The notes beneath the pieces are model-generated. The model saw nothing but the letters and a program-made list of their open reading frames with translations, had not been told where the DNA came from and did no database searches. A DNA stretch of 64,000 nt from Octopus sinensis (taxonomy: Eukaryota), in NCBI RefSeq assembly GCF_006345805.1, contig NC_043005.1:71672001-71736000 (forward strand), written 5' to 3'. Of the stretch, positions 1-10,500 are shown in pieces. A program made the translations under genes and the position numbers. The stretch's first letter is position 1, and each line of letters begins with the position of its first letter.

Positions 1-46
1 GTATTATTTCATATACATTTGCTAACATCAACTTACTTCATGTATG

Positions 47-80
<34 letters not shown>

Positions 81-109
81 ATATATACAGAGAGAGAGAG
101 AGAGAGGTG

Positions 110-400
110 CATACAATTCAGAGTATTGCACTTACTAAGCATCAAACCTCAGAAACAGCTGTAAAGAATTATCTGTATTCTCCTTTCACTTATTTTTGAA
201 GTCTGAACATGCACTCTCCACTTATCTACCTACCTGTCTATGAAGAATTTCTCTGAAGAACTACTTCGGTTCTCCTCTCTTTTATCTGTGATATTAGAGT
301 ATGAGATTTCAGTGTGTCTTCCTAACTATGAACGACTACTATAAACTCAAGCTGTACTGATTTTTCTTGTTCTTCTGCTTAATTAAACTGATACTCACTT
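110..400 (+). mobile_element. Penelope-like element terminal (pseudo-LTR-like) fragment, degenerate
   Basis: Contains CTTACTAAG...GAAACAGCTGTA (131-163). The same CTACTAAG/GAAACAGCTGT architecture recurs at 25722-25859. The palindromic GAAAC-AGCT-GT is typical of Penelope-associated hammerhead helix III. Confidence 0.35.
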
Positions 401-461
401 CTGTATAACTATTTTATAAATGCTTTGATATCAAAAAAGACCACTTGTCCATCTTTTATTT

Positions 462-515
<54 letters not shown>

Positions 516-923
516 TGTGAGATGCTTCATTATGATTCAACTTCCCTTTAGTTCTTCTAAGTAGCACTGTGTATTGAAGGTTTGTTTTGTAGTTAACCTC
601 AAAGGATGATAACAGCCTATAGATATTTTGATACAACTCTTAACTCTTTTGAAGCCATCCCACTTAACACTATATCTGGTGTTTTATGACAGGAAATCTG
701 TCGCTGTAAAATGTTTATAGTCTAACTACAACTTCCCATTCAAATTTTCAGTAAGAGTTTTATGTTATGTTCTACCAGCTATTTTAATAACGAAGAAAAA
801 AATTATATATTTTACTACATCTCACTAGACTTTTACATGATTTAAAACTTAATCAAAACTTATATATATGTGTATTTAATTATGAATATACTTAAAGAAA
901 TGTAGTTACTCTCAGTAAATACT

Positions 924-1135
924 TTAACCTTGTACCATTTAAATTGACTGTATCAATTCCAAATATTCTACCTGTTTTATGTTCAAACTAGCCAGATCCA
1001 GTCTCTCACACCTTCCTTACAATGTCATTCACATCATCAAAATTTTGAAGCTATGAGATAATACAGGATTAATTCAAGGCAATGTGAGTAAATAAGCATT
1101 ACATTTGGTAGCATAATATGAATGCTAAAGAGTTA
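924..1135. mobile_element. TTAA-type (piggyBac-like) MITE, family B, degenerate
   Basis: Starts TTAACC and ends AATGCTAAAGAGTTA. Internal CAAATATTCTACCTGTTTTATGTTCAAAC...TCTCACACC is shared with 40736-40860 and 51805-51950. Confidence 0.5.
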
Positions 1136-1286
1136 TGCATGAGGTGGTCATGTGTATCTCCTCCACAGCAACAAATCTGATCCTATCCATTCTTTCATAC
1201 TTTAACTCCTTGCATAAAACTGCCTCCTTCTCTTCTGTATTGTCATTCAGTCAGGAGGGATCTTTAGTCTTGTGAGATATCTGCCT

Positions 1287-1555
1287 CGACTGGCCTCCAT
1301 ACTGGTGGCACGTAAAAAGCACCCCAAATTGTGGCCGTTGCCAGCCTCGCCTGGCACCTGTGCCGGTGGCATCTAAAAAGCACCCACTACACTCACGGAG
1401 TGTTTGGCATTAGGAAGGGCATCCAGCTGTAGAAACAGTGCCAGATCAGACTGGTGCCTGGTGCAGCCTCCTGGCTTCCCAGACCCCAGTTGAACTGTCC
1501 AACCCATGCTAGCATGGAAAATGGACGTTAAATGATGATGATGATGATGATGATG
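1287..1555 (+). mobile_element. (GAT)n-tailed octopus SINE/retroposon (OK-like), 3' part
   Basis: GGTGGCACGTAAAAAGCACCCACTACACTC...GCATCCAGCTGTAGAAA...CCCATGCTAGCATGGAAAATGGACGTTAAATGATGATG. Many tail fragments occur across the window (e.g. 1600-1775, 2935-3045, 9715-9815, 16620-16760, 42590-42765). Confidence 0.8.
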
Positions 1556-2743
1556 TAGCAATTTCATTAATTTTGGTGCCATGAAAAATGCATCCATATA
1601 TTCCGTAGAATGGTTAGCACTAGGAAGATCATCCATCTACAGCAACCATGTCATTGCTGATGTTAAAGCACGATGCAGTCCTCCTTCACCTTGGATTCTT
1701 CTGAAGCACTCAACCCAAGCTAACATGGAAGATGGATGTTAAATGATGTCGATGATGATGATGATGATGATGATGAATGGCATTGAGCAAAAATAATTTT
1801 TTGGCATCTTATGTTTACCAAATATCAGATATCTGTCTTGTGTTCTTAAATGACAATGATGTATCCTTCTAAAGAATCAATGCAATGTAACTACTTGCTA
1901 TTCCCAGATATAGAAGGGTTACTCTTCCAGTTACTTTACATGTCTGTCATTCCTTCAAGCTTCAAAGATATATGACATAAATCATAATATTTAGTTTATT
2001 TTTCCTGTTGTTGCTGTTGTTGCTCTGACCATCCTATCTTATTTTCCATTATTGTGTGTCTAGATCTACATCACTCAATGTATCTCCTTTTATTATTTTT
2101 CTGGGATATGGTGACTGTTAGACTGCATAATCTAACAAATTTCCTTTATTACACAACAGCAGCATGTGATTTGGCTGCTATTTCTAGCATTTCTGAAATT
2201 ACAACAAGCCTCCCTTTCATGTTTACGTAATACTAACTTAGTCTTGCTTAGCAGGTCTTTAATCAAATGTGTTCCATCTATGACCAACCTGTCCATTTTG
2301 ATATCTGAAACTACATTGTTGTTCTTTTTAAAGAGATATTCACCTATTATTTCTAGCAGGTCAAGTGACTACATAGAAGTTCTATTATTGGTTTCAGAAA
2401 GTTAATTTTTTGCTTTTTTTTTTATTTTAATGGGTAACTAAATACAGAAATGGGAGTGTAGTTAAGAAGCTTGCTTCTTAATTATGTAGCCTTAGGTTCA
2501 ATCCCACTGCATAGTACGTTTGGCAAGTGCCATCTACAATAGCCTCCCAGGGCTGACCAAAGCCATGTGATTAGATCTGGTAGATGGAAACTCAAAGAAG
2601 TCTATTATATATATATATTAGAAGAAATGAGGTACTCAGAAATCTGGGTGGTTTTATATTTACAGATATTTATTAGTATATTACATGTTTTTATAAGTCA
2701 TATATTATATATTAGCGCTTTCGTCCACTCTAGTGGAGTTGTC

Positions 2744-2775
<32 letters not shown>

Positions 2776-3078
2776 AGAGGGAGAGAGAGAGGGTGTGTGT
2801 TTGTGTGTACTCATGCTTTGATACTATGTGATGATTATAAATGAGTGCCCCTATCACATAAGCAATGTTGTTCACTGTCAGTCTTCCTTGAAAAATGTTT
2901 GACCACAGGGAAATATTACCTAACTTGGAAACAGATGAGGGTTGGCAACAGTAAGAGCATCTGGCTGTAGAAAACCTGCCTCAACAAACTGTCTGACCCA
3001 TGCAAGAATGGAAAAGGGAGCATTAAACAATGACAATGATGATGTAAATAGAAAGTTTTCAGGAAGTTTGCTATAATA

Positions 3079-3474
3079 TCTTTATATATAAAAGTGAGGT
3101 TGTGTGCTGTCTGTCTCCTACGATTTAGATTCCTAACTACTCCCACATATTGCGGTGCAGTTTAACCAAAACCGGGTATCTTATAGTCGTGATTCATATC
3201 GAGCCCTTCTGGGTATTAGCACGCGTCTACGATGAGTCTATGATTTTAAAAATAATTTACCATCAATTTTTCCCATTTTTAATGCATTTTTGGCATATAT
3301 AAGGGAAGTAACTCTCTAAAAATTTATTATTAAATCTCAGAACGTAAAAGCTACAGTAACACCCCCACCTTTGTGGTTAGCCATATTGAGATGGCTATTA
3401 TACTTTACATCACTAAAAATGCTTATATAGTTATTTCCCTTACAAACCTGAGCAATGCCAGGCGATACTGCTAG
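3079..3474 (+). mobile_element. Non-autonomous Helitron (~396 bp)
   Basis: 5' TC after A3078. 3' sub-terminal hairpin CCTGAGCAATGCCAGG followed by CTAG (3471-3474) and T, giving A|T insertion with no TSD. Confidence 0.75.
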
Positions 3475-3747
3475 TAAATGAAAATATTTAAAACTATTTT
3501 TTGTTTGCACTTGAATTAAAACTATTTAAAACCTATTTGTTTTTTTTATACCATTTTCAATAGTAAAATATATTTTGACGAAATATTAAAATGTTGTTAA
3601 GTATTAAAACATAAAGCTTTAGTTTTATTGTAAACCTTTAAAAGATATTTATCATATATAGGAAATATAATTTAATAACTATTGGTTGACAATCAATACC
3701 TTGTAAAATAAAATTGATTGACAGGAACTATACATATATGCAATATA

Positions 3748-3779
<32 letters not shown>

Positions 3780-4087
3780 TATATAAGAGGGAGGAGAGAG
3801 AGGTGTGTGTTTGTGTGTACTCATGCTTTGATACTATGTGATGATTATAAATGAGTGCCCCTATCACATAAGCAATGTTGTTCACTGTCAGTCTTCCTTG
3901 AAAAATGTTTGACCACAGGGAAATATTACCTAACTTGGAAACAGATGAGGGTTGGCAACAGTAAGAGCATCTGGCTGTAGAAAACCTGCCTCAACAAACT
4001 GTCTGACCCATGCAGAATGGAAAAGGGAGCATTAAACAATGACAATGATGATGTAAATAGAAAGTTTTCAGGAAGTTTGGCTATAAT

Positions 4088-4479
4088 ATATTATATATAA
4101 AAGTGAGGTTGTGTGCTGTCTGTCTCCTACGATTTAGATTCCTAACTACTCCCACATATTGCGGTGCAGTTAAACCAAAACCGGGTATCTTATAGTCGTG
4201 ATTCATATCGAGCCCTTCTGGGTATTAGCAGCGTCTACGATGAGTCTATGATTTTAAAAATAATTTACCATCAATTTTTCCCATTTTTAATGCATTTTTG
4301 GCATATATAGGGAAGTAACTCTCTAAAAATTTATTATTAAATCTCAGAACGTAAAAGCTACGTAACACCCCCACCTTTGTGGTTAGCCATATGAGATGGC
4401 TATTATACTTTACATCACTAAAAATGCTTATATAGGTTATTTCCTTACAAACCTGAGCAATGCCAGGCGATACTGCTAG
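4088..4479 (+). mobile_element. Second copy of the Helitron inside duplication copy B
   Basis: Same sequence as 3079-3474, ending ...GGCGATACTGCTAG-T. Confidence 0.7.
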
Positions 4480-4744
4480 TAAATGAAAATATTTAAAACT
4501 ATTTTTTGTTTGCACTTGAATTAAAACTATTTAAAACCTATTTGTTTTTTTTATACCATTTTCAATAGTAAAATATATTTTGACGAAATATTAAAATGTT
4601 GTTAAGTATTAAAACATAAAGCTTTAGTTTTATTGTAAACCTTTAAAAGATATTTATCATATATAGGAAATATAATTTAATAACTATTGGTTGACCAATC
4701 AATACCTTGTAAAATAAAATTGATTGACAGGAACTATACATATA

Positions 4745-4782
<38 letters not shown>

Positions 4783-5039
4783 ATTCAGGTAATATTGCTT
4801 CTGATTACATACAATAATAAATACACACAATCAGTGCTCAGATTGACTTGCTCCCTTAAGATGATTACATATGTATTTGCATGTGTGTGTGTGTGTGTGT
4901 TAGAAAAAAAAGGACAACAAAAACCAAGGCAGGATGAGTATATCAAGTCATTTATAATAATTTAATAAGGGCAAGGTGAATTTGAAGTCTTCCAGCTGTC
5001 TCTGGGATATCTCCAATGATAAGGTAGCATGTCCGTACA

Positions 5040-5251
5040 TTGGGTATTCTGTCATCAGAAACAAGGTGAGTATGTATGAAAGTTCAAGAGAGGCAAATTC
5101 ACAGTTTATAAGGAATAAACTAGAAGAATAAAGACTAAAAGTAGCTGGAACTTGGAACCTAATGGATGACCAACTATTGCATTTACTCAGAGTACCTATT
5201 CATTTAGATCACCAGTGAACAAACCACTCATATTCAATCGAGATATATATG

Positions 5252-5287
<36 letters not shown>

Positions 5288-5303
5288 CATACATACATAC
5301 ATA

Positions 5304-5339
<36 letters not shown>

Positions 5340-5710
5340 TGTATGTATGCATGTATGTATGTATGTATGTATGTATGTATGTATGTATGTATGTATCAAA
5401 ATTAGCAACAGGATATCAAGTAGTAAAGCAGTACAACCGTTTCAAGCAGCTCTGTTTAGTTGAACAACGCAATCATTACATCAATTTAAATGGTGTGCTA
5501 TCTTCAGCTGCACAAAATATAGAATTTTTAACAAGCAGGACACATTGATATGGAAGAAATTCATGTTGATGCTATTGTAGCAGTGGCTAAGAATAGACTA
5601 CAATTTCTTAGAATCATATGGAGCATAGTGGGGTCATAGGGTTGTAAGGGTTGTAATTCATTTCTAATTTATCCATCTCTTCATCATCTATTAAATCTGA
5701 GACTATGTAT
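5040..5710 (+). pseudogene. Highly decayed LINE reverse-transcriptase fragment (I/Nimb-like), split by a microsatellite at ~5245-5395
   Basis: By-eye frame stitching gives QG(S)...FIRNKL...LMDD, then [57 protein letters not shown]. This resembles the LINE RT motif order PQGS, YADD, I.lNG...KfLG, D..L.W..Hi..i..kA..Rl..LR, WG, IRS.LDYG. Multiple stops and frameshifts are present. Confidence 0.45.
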
Positions 5711-5751
5711 GTATATATGTATATATATATGTATATATATATATATATGTA

Positions 5752-5784
<33 letters not shown>

Positions 5785-6018
5785 ATATGTGTGTATATAT
5801 ATATATATATGTATGTACGTATGTATAGGCAGAAACATGAGTGTGTAGTTAAGAAGTTTGCTTCCTAACAACTGCATGGCTCCAGGTTCAGTCTCACAGC
5901 ACAATGCCTTAGGTAAATGTCTCTTAATATAGCTTTTGGTTGATTAAAGCACTAACGAGAGAATTATAACAAGAGTTATATCCTTTGTCAAAATATATTT
6001 TCAAAATTTATATACACA

Positions 6019-6476
6019 GGCGCAGGAGTGGCTGTGTAGTAAGTAGCTTGTTTACCAACCACATGGTTCCGGGTTCAGTCCCACTGCGTGGCACCTTGGG
6101 TTAGGGTTAGGGTGGCACCTTGGGTTAGGGTTAGGGTGGCACCTTGGGTAAGTGTCTTCTACTATAGCCTCGGGCCGACCAAAGCCTTGTGAGTGGATTT
6201 GGTAGACGGAAACTGAAAGAAGCCTGTCGTATATATATATATATATGTGTGTGTATGTGTTTGTGTGTCTGTGTTTGTCCCCCTAGCATTGCTTGACAAC
6301 CGATGCTGGTGTGTTTGTGTCCCCGTTACTTAGTGGTTCGGCAAAAGAGACCGATAAAATAAGTACTGGGCTTACAAAAGAATAAGTCCTGGGGTCGATT
6401 TGCTCGATTAAAGGCGGTGCTCCAGCATGGCCGCAGTCAAATGACTGAAACAGGTAAAAGAGTAAAGAGTAAGAGT
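6019..6476 (+). mobile_element. tRNA-derived CORE-type SINE (octopus OR-like), full length, with telomeric-repeat insertion
   Basis: A-box-like TGGCTGTGTAGT, B-box-like GGTTCAGTCC, CORE-like GCACCTTGGG-AAGTGTCTT, internal (TA)/(TG) tract and 3' ...GCCGCAGTCAAATGACTGAAACAGGTAAAAGAG. Near-identical to 32899-33295. Confidence 0.9.
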
Positions 6477-7174
6477 ATATATACGTATATATACATAAAC
6501 ACATAAACATGCACACACTCAATACACAATGGATTTTGTAGTTTCCACCTACCAAAAACCATAGCATGTGATAGTTGGATGCTCTAATTTTTCCCTGAAT
6601 TCTTTCATTATAGTCTGTTTGTTGTGTTGACTTCCTTTTTTCTTAAAACAGCCTCATTTCCCCATTAAAATGAAAATTAGTTGTTTAAAAGCAGAAGCCT
6701 TTATTTGTAAATACTTTAACTTCATTTAAATAATGGAGTAATTTTTAGCCACATCAAATAAAATTATTTGAGACAAAGAATTTAATCCTGTTTAGTGAAT
6801 CTGAGGATATAATGATTTCAAATCTTTGCCACAAGGGCAGCTTGGGTGGGGGATTAAGTCGATTACATTGACCCTACTGTTCAACTGGTACTTATTTTAT
6901 CAACCCTGAGAGGGTGAAAGCAAAGTCAACTTTGGCGGAATTTGAACTCAGGACGTTGCAACGGGTGAAATACCACTAAGATTTTCGTCCAGCTAATGAT
7001 TCTGCCAGCCCGCCACCTTAATCTGAGGATATAATAGAAGACCGATAATGGTGGCATGCTGTGAGATATGAACTCAAATCCACTTGGCTGTAAATGGAGC
7101 CTCTTTACCTCACAGTCAGTCAGAAGCCATACCTGCATGCATAAAAACACAAACATTCTCACATCAATACATGT

Positions 7175-7474
7175 TTGTTCTTTCTCAAGCCACACCTGGC
7201 TCATAAGGGCTGGTTTCCCAGGTTCCTTGGCATATAGATTCCCCACCTGGATGGGACGCCGGTCCATCGCAGGTGAGCTGTAAGATGCAGGAGGAAAGAG
7301 TGGGAGAAAGTTGTGGCGAAAGAGTCAGCAGAAGTTCGCCATTACCTTCTGCTGGAGCCGTGTGGAGCTTAGGTGTTTCGATCATAAACACACACATCAC
7401 CCGGTCTGAGATTCGAACCCATGATCCCTCGACCATGAGTCCACTGCTCTAACCACTAGGCCATGTGCCTCCAC
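7175..7474 (-). mobile_element. tRNA-derived SINE with V-domain-like centre, full length, 12-bp+ TSD
   Basis: Minus-strand head GTGGAGGCACATGGCCTAGTGG...GGTTCGAATC (A/B boxes). TSD ATCAATACATGT at 7163-7174 and 7475-7486. Homologous to 26234-26533. Confidence 0.9.
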
Positions 7475-8322
7475 ATCAATACATGTAGCTACATGTAAAT
7501 AGAAATACTTGTAATAAAGGATGGACAGATGAAGAAAATATTAGCTGCATCAAGGTAAATAGATTATTAGTCATTGGTGTTTGATCTGAACTGAGCGATT
7601 TTTTTGTTAATATTTAATTGGCATTTGAATAATTTAAGCCATTACTCCTCTTGTCAACTGACTAATTGTATTGCAAACAAAAACAGAAAAAGAAGGAATC
7701 AAAACAACACAGAAAAAAAACAAAACTGAATAAATAAATAAAATATAAATAAAAAAAAAACCTGGCAACTGCTTGTGAGTTTCTAAACTCCCTTCTGTTA
7801 ACTTGCAGTGACTAGTTTGTGACGGTGTGATCATGATTCAGCTGTCATATGCATTTAGCCCAGGCATTGATTTCCTCGTTAGCTTGTTCTTTTTGTTTTT
7901 TCTATTTCTTTTCGGAAATTTCATTCGATAATGTTTATTTTTCTCCTCTTTTATTCATTTATTTCTTCTTTGTCAGTTGGCAATGTGGTGGGCGAATGTA
8001 GGTGAGTGAGTGGGTGTTTTAAAGCTGGTCATTAAAGCAGAACTAATTTTACTGCGACTTGTTCAGGTAGTTGATTTTGGTGTTGGGTCTGGAAGCCCTG
8101 ATGGGAGGGTGTACTTGCATGCTTCAAGGTTTATTGGAAGTAAGGGGCTTTGCAAATAAAGAATATTTTTCTTTTTATATTTCTACCCTTGCAATGTTTC
8201 CCTTGTTTTTCTCAATTTATTTCATTTCTATTGTCTTTTTGGATTCTTTTTTCTGAGCTACTTAAAGATACATATTTTTAAAGGAGAAATATATCGATAC
8301 CACACTTTCATATCCCTCAATA

Positions 8323-8875
8323 TCCTTTTCTACTCCAAGCACAAGGCCCAACATTTTTGGGGAGGGGGCCAGTCGATTAAATAGACCCCAGTATACAACT
8401 GGTACTTAATTTATCGACTCTGAAAGGATGAAAAGTAAAGTTGACTTTGGCAGAATTTGAACTCAGAATGTAAAGACAGACGAAATACCTCTAATCATTT
8501 TGCCTGGTGTGCTAACATTTCTGCCATTTCACTGCCTTGAAAGAGAAGAAATTCTTTTCTATTCGGGGCACAAGACCCAAAAAATTTTGTGAGGGGCCCA
8601 GTCGATTATTTCGACCCTAGTACGCAACTGGTACCAAATTTATCGACCCCGAAAGGATGAAAGGCAAAGTCAACCTAGGTGGAATTTGAACTCAGAACAT
8701 AAAGACAGATGAAATACCACTAAGCATTTTCCCCGGCATGCTAACGTTTCTGCCAGCTTGCTGCCTTATTAAAACATAAATATTCTTTTCTACAGTAGGC
8801 ACAAGGCCTGGAATTTTGGGGGAGGGGACCAGTCAATTAGATTGATCCTAATACACATCTTGTGCTTAATTTATC
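8323..8875 (-). mobile_element. Three head-to-tail copies of a tRNA-SINE with central CTTTGCCTTTCATCCTTTCGGGGTCGATAAA domain (Meta/MESC-like, tentative)
   Basis: Copies at ~8323-8539, ~8551-8768 and a partial at ~8782-8875. Confidence 0.85.
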
Positions 8876-9090
8876 AAACACACACATACACACACATATG
8901 TACAGACATACAAGGGTCTTCTTTCTATATACAAGGGGCTTCTTTCAGTTTCCATCTATCAGATTTACTTACAAGGCTTTAATCAGCCTGGGGCTATATA
9001 GCAGAAAACACTTGTCCAAGGTGCAGTGCAGTGGAACTGAACCCAAAATAAAATGGTCAGGAAGCAAACATTTTAACCAAAAACTCACAT

Positions 9091-9162
<72 letters not shown>

Positions 9163-9925
9163 GCACACACACACACACATACACAAGGAGCTCAGTTTCA
9201 TACATATTTATCATATATATAAGGAGCTCACAAACACACATTCACACATAAATGAACTCAGTTTGATATATGTTTATCAGATGTAAGATAAACAGGATCA
9301 TACAGTTTACAAAGCCCAATATTTCATTCATTCATTCTCGTGATTGTACACAGCAGTGTGATGAAATGCAGCTGAAGTCAAAGGTCACGCGATCATTTGA
9401 ATATACAGATTTATTTAATGTTATTGATAATTTATTCTCAATTTGGTGTATTGTAACCTTAACAAGAAGCACTGGTTGAACAGGAACTTTATTTGGTTTA
9501 GAATATATATAATCCTGCTTAACTTAAATAGTCTAAGTATACGTGTGCATATGTATGTGTGTGTATGTGTGTGTGTGTGTGAGGTGGGTTTGATGAATGT
9601 CTGTACGCATGAATGTTTGTGTCTTGATATTGTGATCAATACCATCATTTGTTTCCAATATTCCATGAAAATATATCCAGTCAAAAGGAAATATTACCTT
9701 ATTTAGCAAAGCCCAGCAACAGAGAGGGCATCTGGCTATAGAAAGTTTGCTGCAATGTATTCTGTCTGACCCACGCAAGCATGGAAAAGTGGATGCTAAA
9801 TGATGATGATGGTGATAACTAGAAGCAGTATAAATAGAACTAGACATCTTCAACTAGGAATCAAAGTTGTATTTCAGAGATAGACCAAGCGTAATATCTG
9901 CAAAAATATATTTTAAAAATGTATC

Positions 9926-10500
9926 CCAGCATGGCTGTGTGGTAACAAGCTTACTTCCCAACCACATAGCTCCAGGTTCAGTCCCACTGCATGGCACCTT
10001 GGGCAAGTGTCTTCTATTTACCCAAGTGTCCTTGGGTAAACCAAAGCTTTGTGAGTGGATTTGATAGACAGAAACTGAAAGAAGCCTGTTGTACATGTAT
10101 ATATGTCTTTGCCATAATAGATCGCTAGCTACTACACATTCTTTATTTTCTCTCCTTGTTTCTGTGTTCCTTTCTGTGGAAGAGCATAGGCTCGAAACGT
10201 TAAAGACTTTTTCACTTCCTGAGCATTATACTAATACATCTGTTTGTTGTCTACACCACCTGTCTTCGTCTTTTGTTTTATTTTTGTGAATTCCCCCTAT
10301 ATATAAGTGTCTGTACATGTGTGTGACTTTGTCCCCACCACCATTTGGCAACTTAGCAGTTCAGCAAAACCAACTAACAGAATAAGTAACAAGCTTTAAA
10401 AAAATAAATACTGGACACTGTCTGTTCGAATGAAATTCTTCAAAGCAGTGCTCCAGCATGGCCACAATCAAGTGACTGAAATCAGTAAAAGAATATAGAA
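9926..10500 (+). mobile_element. CORE-type SINE interrupted by a Penelope-like terminal fragment (~10123-10302)
   Basis: SINE head 9926-10095. The SINE 3' half resumes ~10320-10500 after the insert. Confidence 0.75.
10123..10302 (+). mobile_element. Penelope-like terminal fragment carrying a hammerhead-like motif
   Basis: TTTCTGTGGAAGAGCATAGGCTCGAAACGT...ACACCACCTGTCTTCGTCTTTTG...TTCCCCCTATATA. Homologous copies at ~40065-40245 and ~53085-53258. Confidence 0.55.

Larger units (their letters stand above)
2771..4750. repeat. ~1-kb direct tandem duplication (copy A ~2771-3760, copy B ~3781-4750)
   Basis: Colinear near-identical sequence bounded by (TA)n tracts at ~2748, ~3760 and ~4750. Confidence 0.95.

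Noticed and set aside
4996-5071. Candidate exon ending in a consensus donor AAG|GTGAGT
   Set aside because: The peptide is unrecognisable, it overlaps the putative LINE QG motif, and isolated donors are expected by chance.
5614-5705. Minus-strand protein-like peptide [28 protein letters not shown] as a terminal exon
   Set aside because: The acceptor has no polypyrimidine tract and no partner exons were found. It is better explained as the antisense shadow of the decayed LINE fragment.
7400-7474. tRNA gene
   Set aside because: It has A/B boxes but is the head of a TSD-flanked SINE, and no complete cloverleaf is evident. The same holds for all other tRNA-like heads here.
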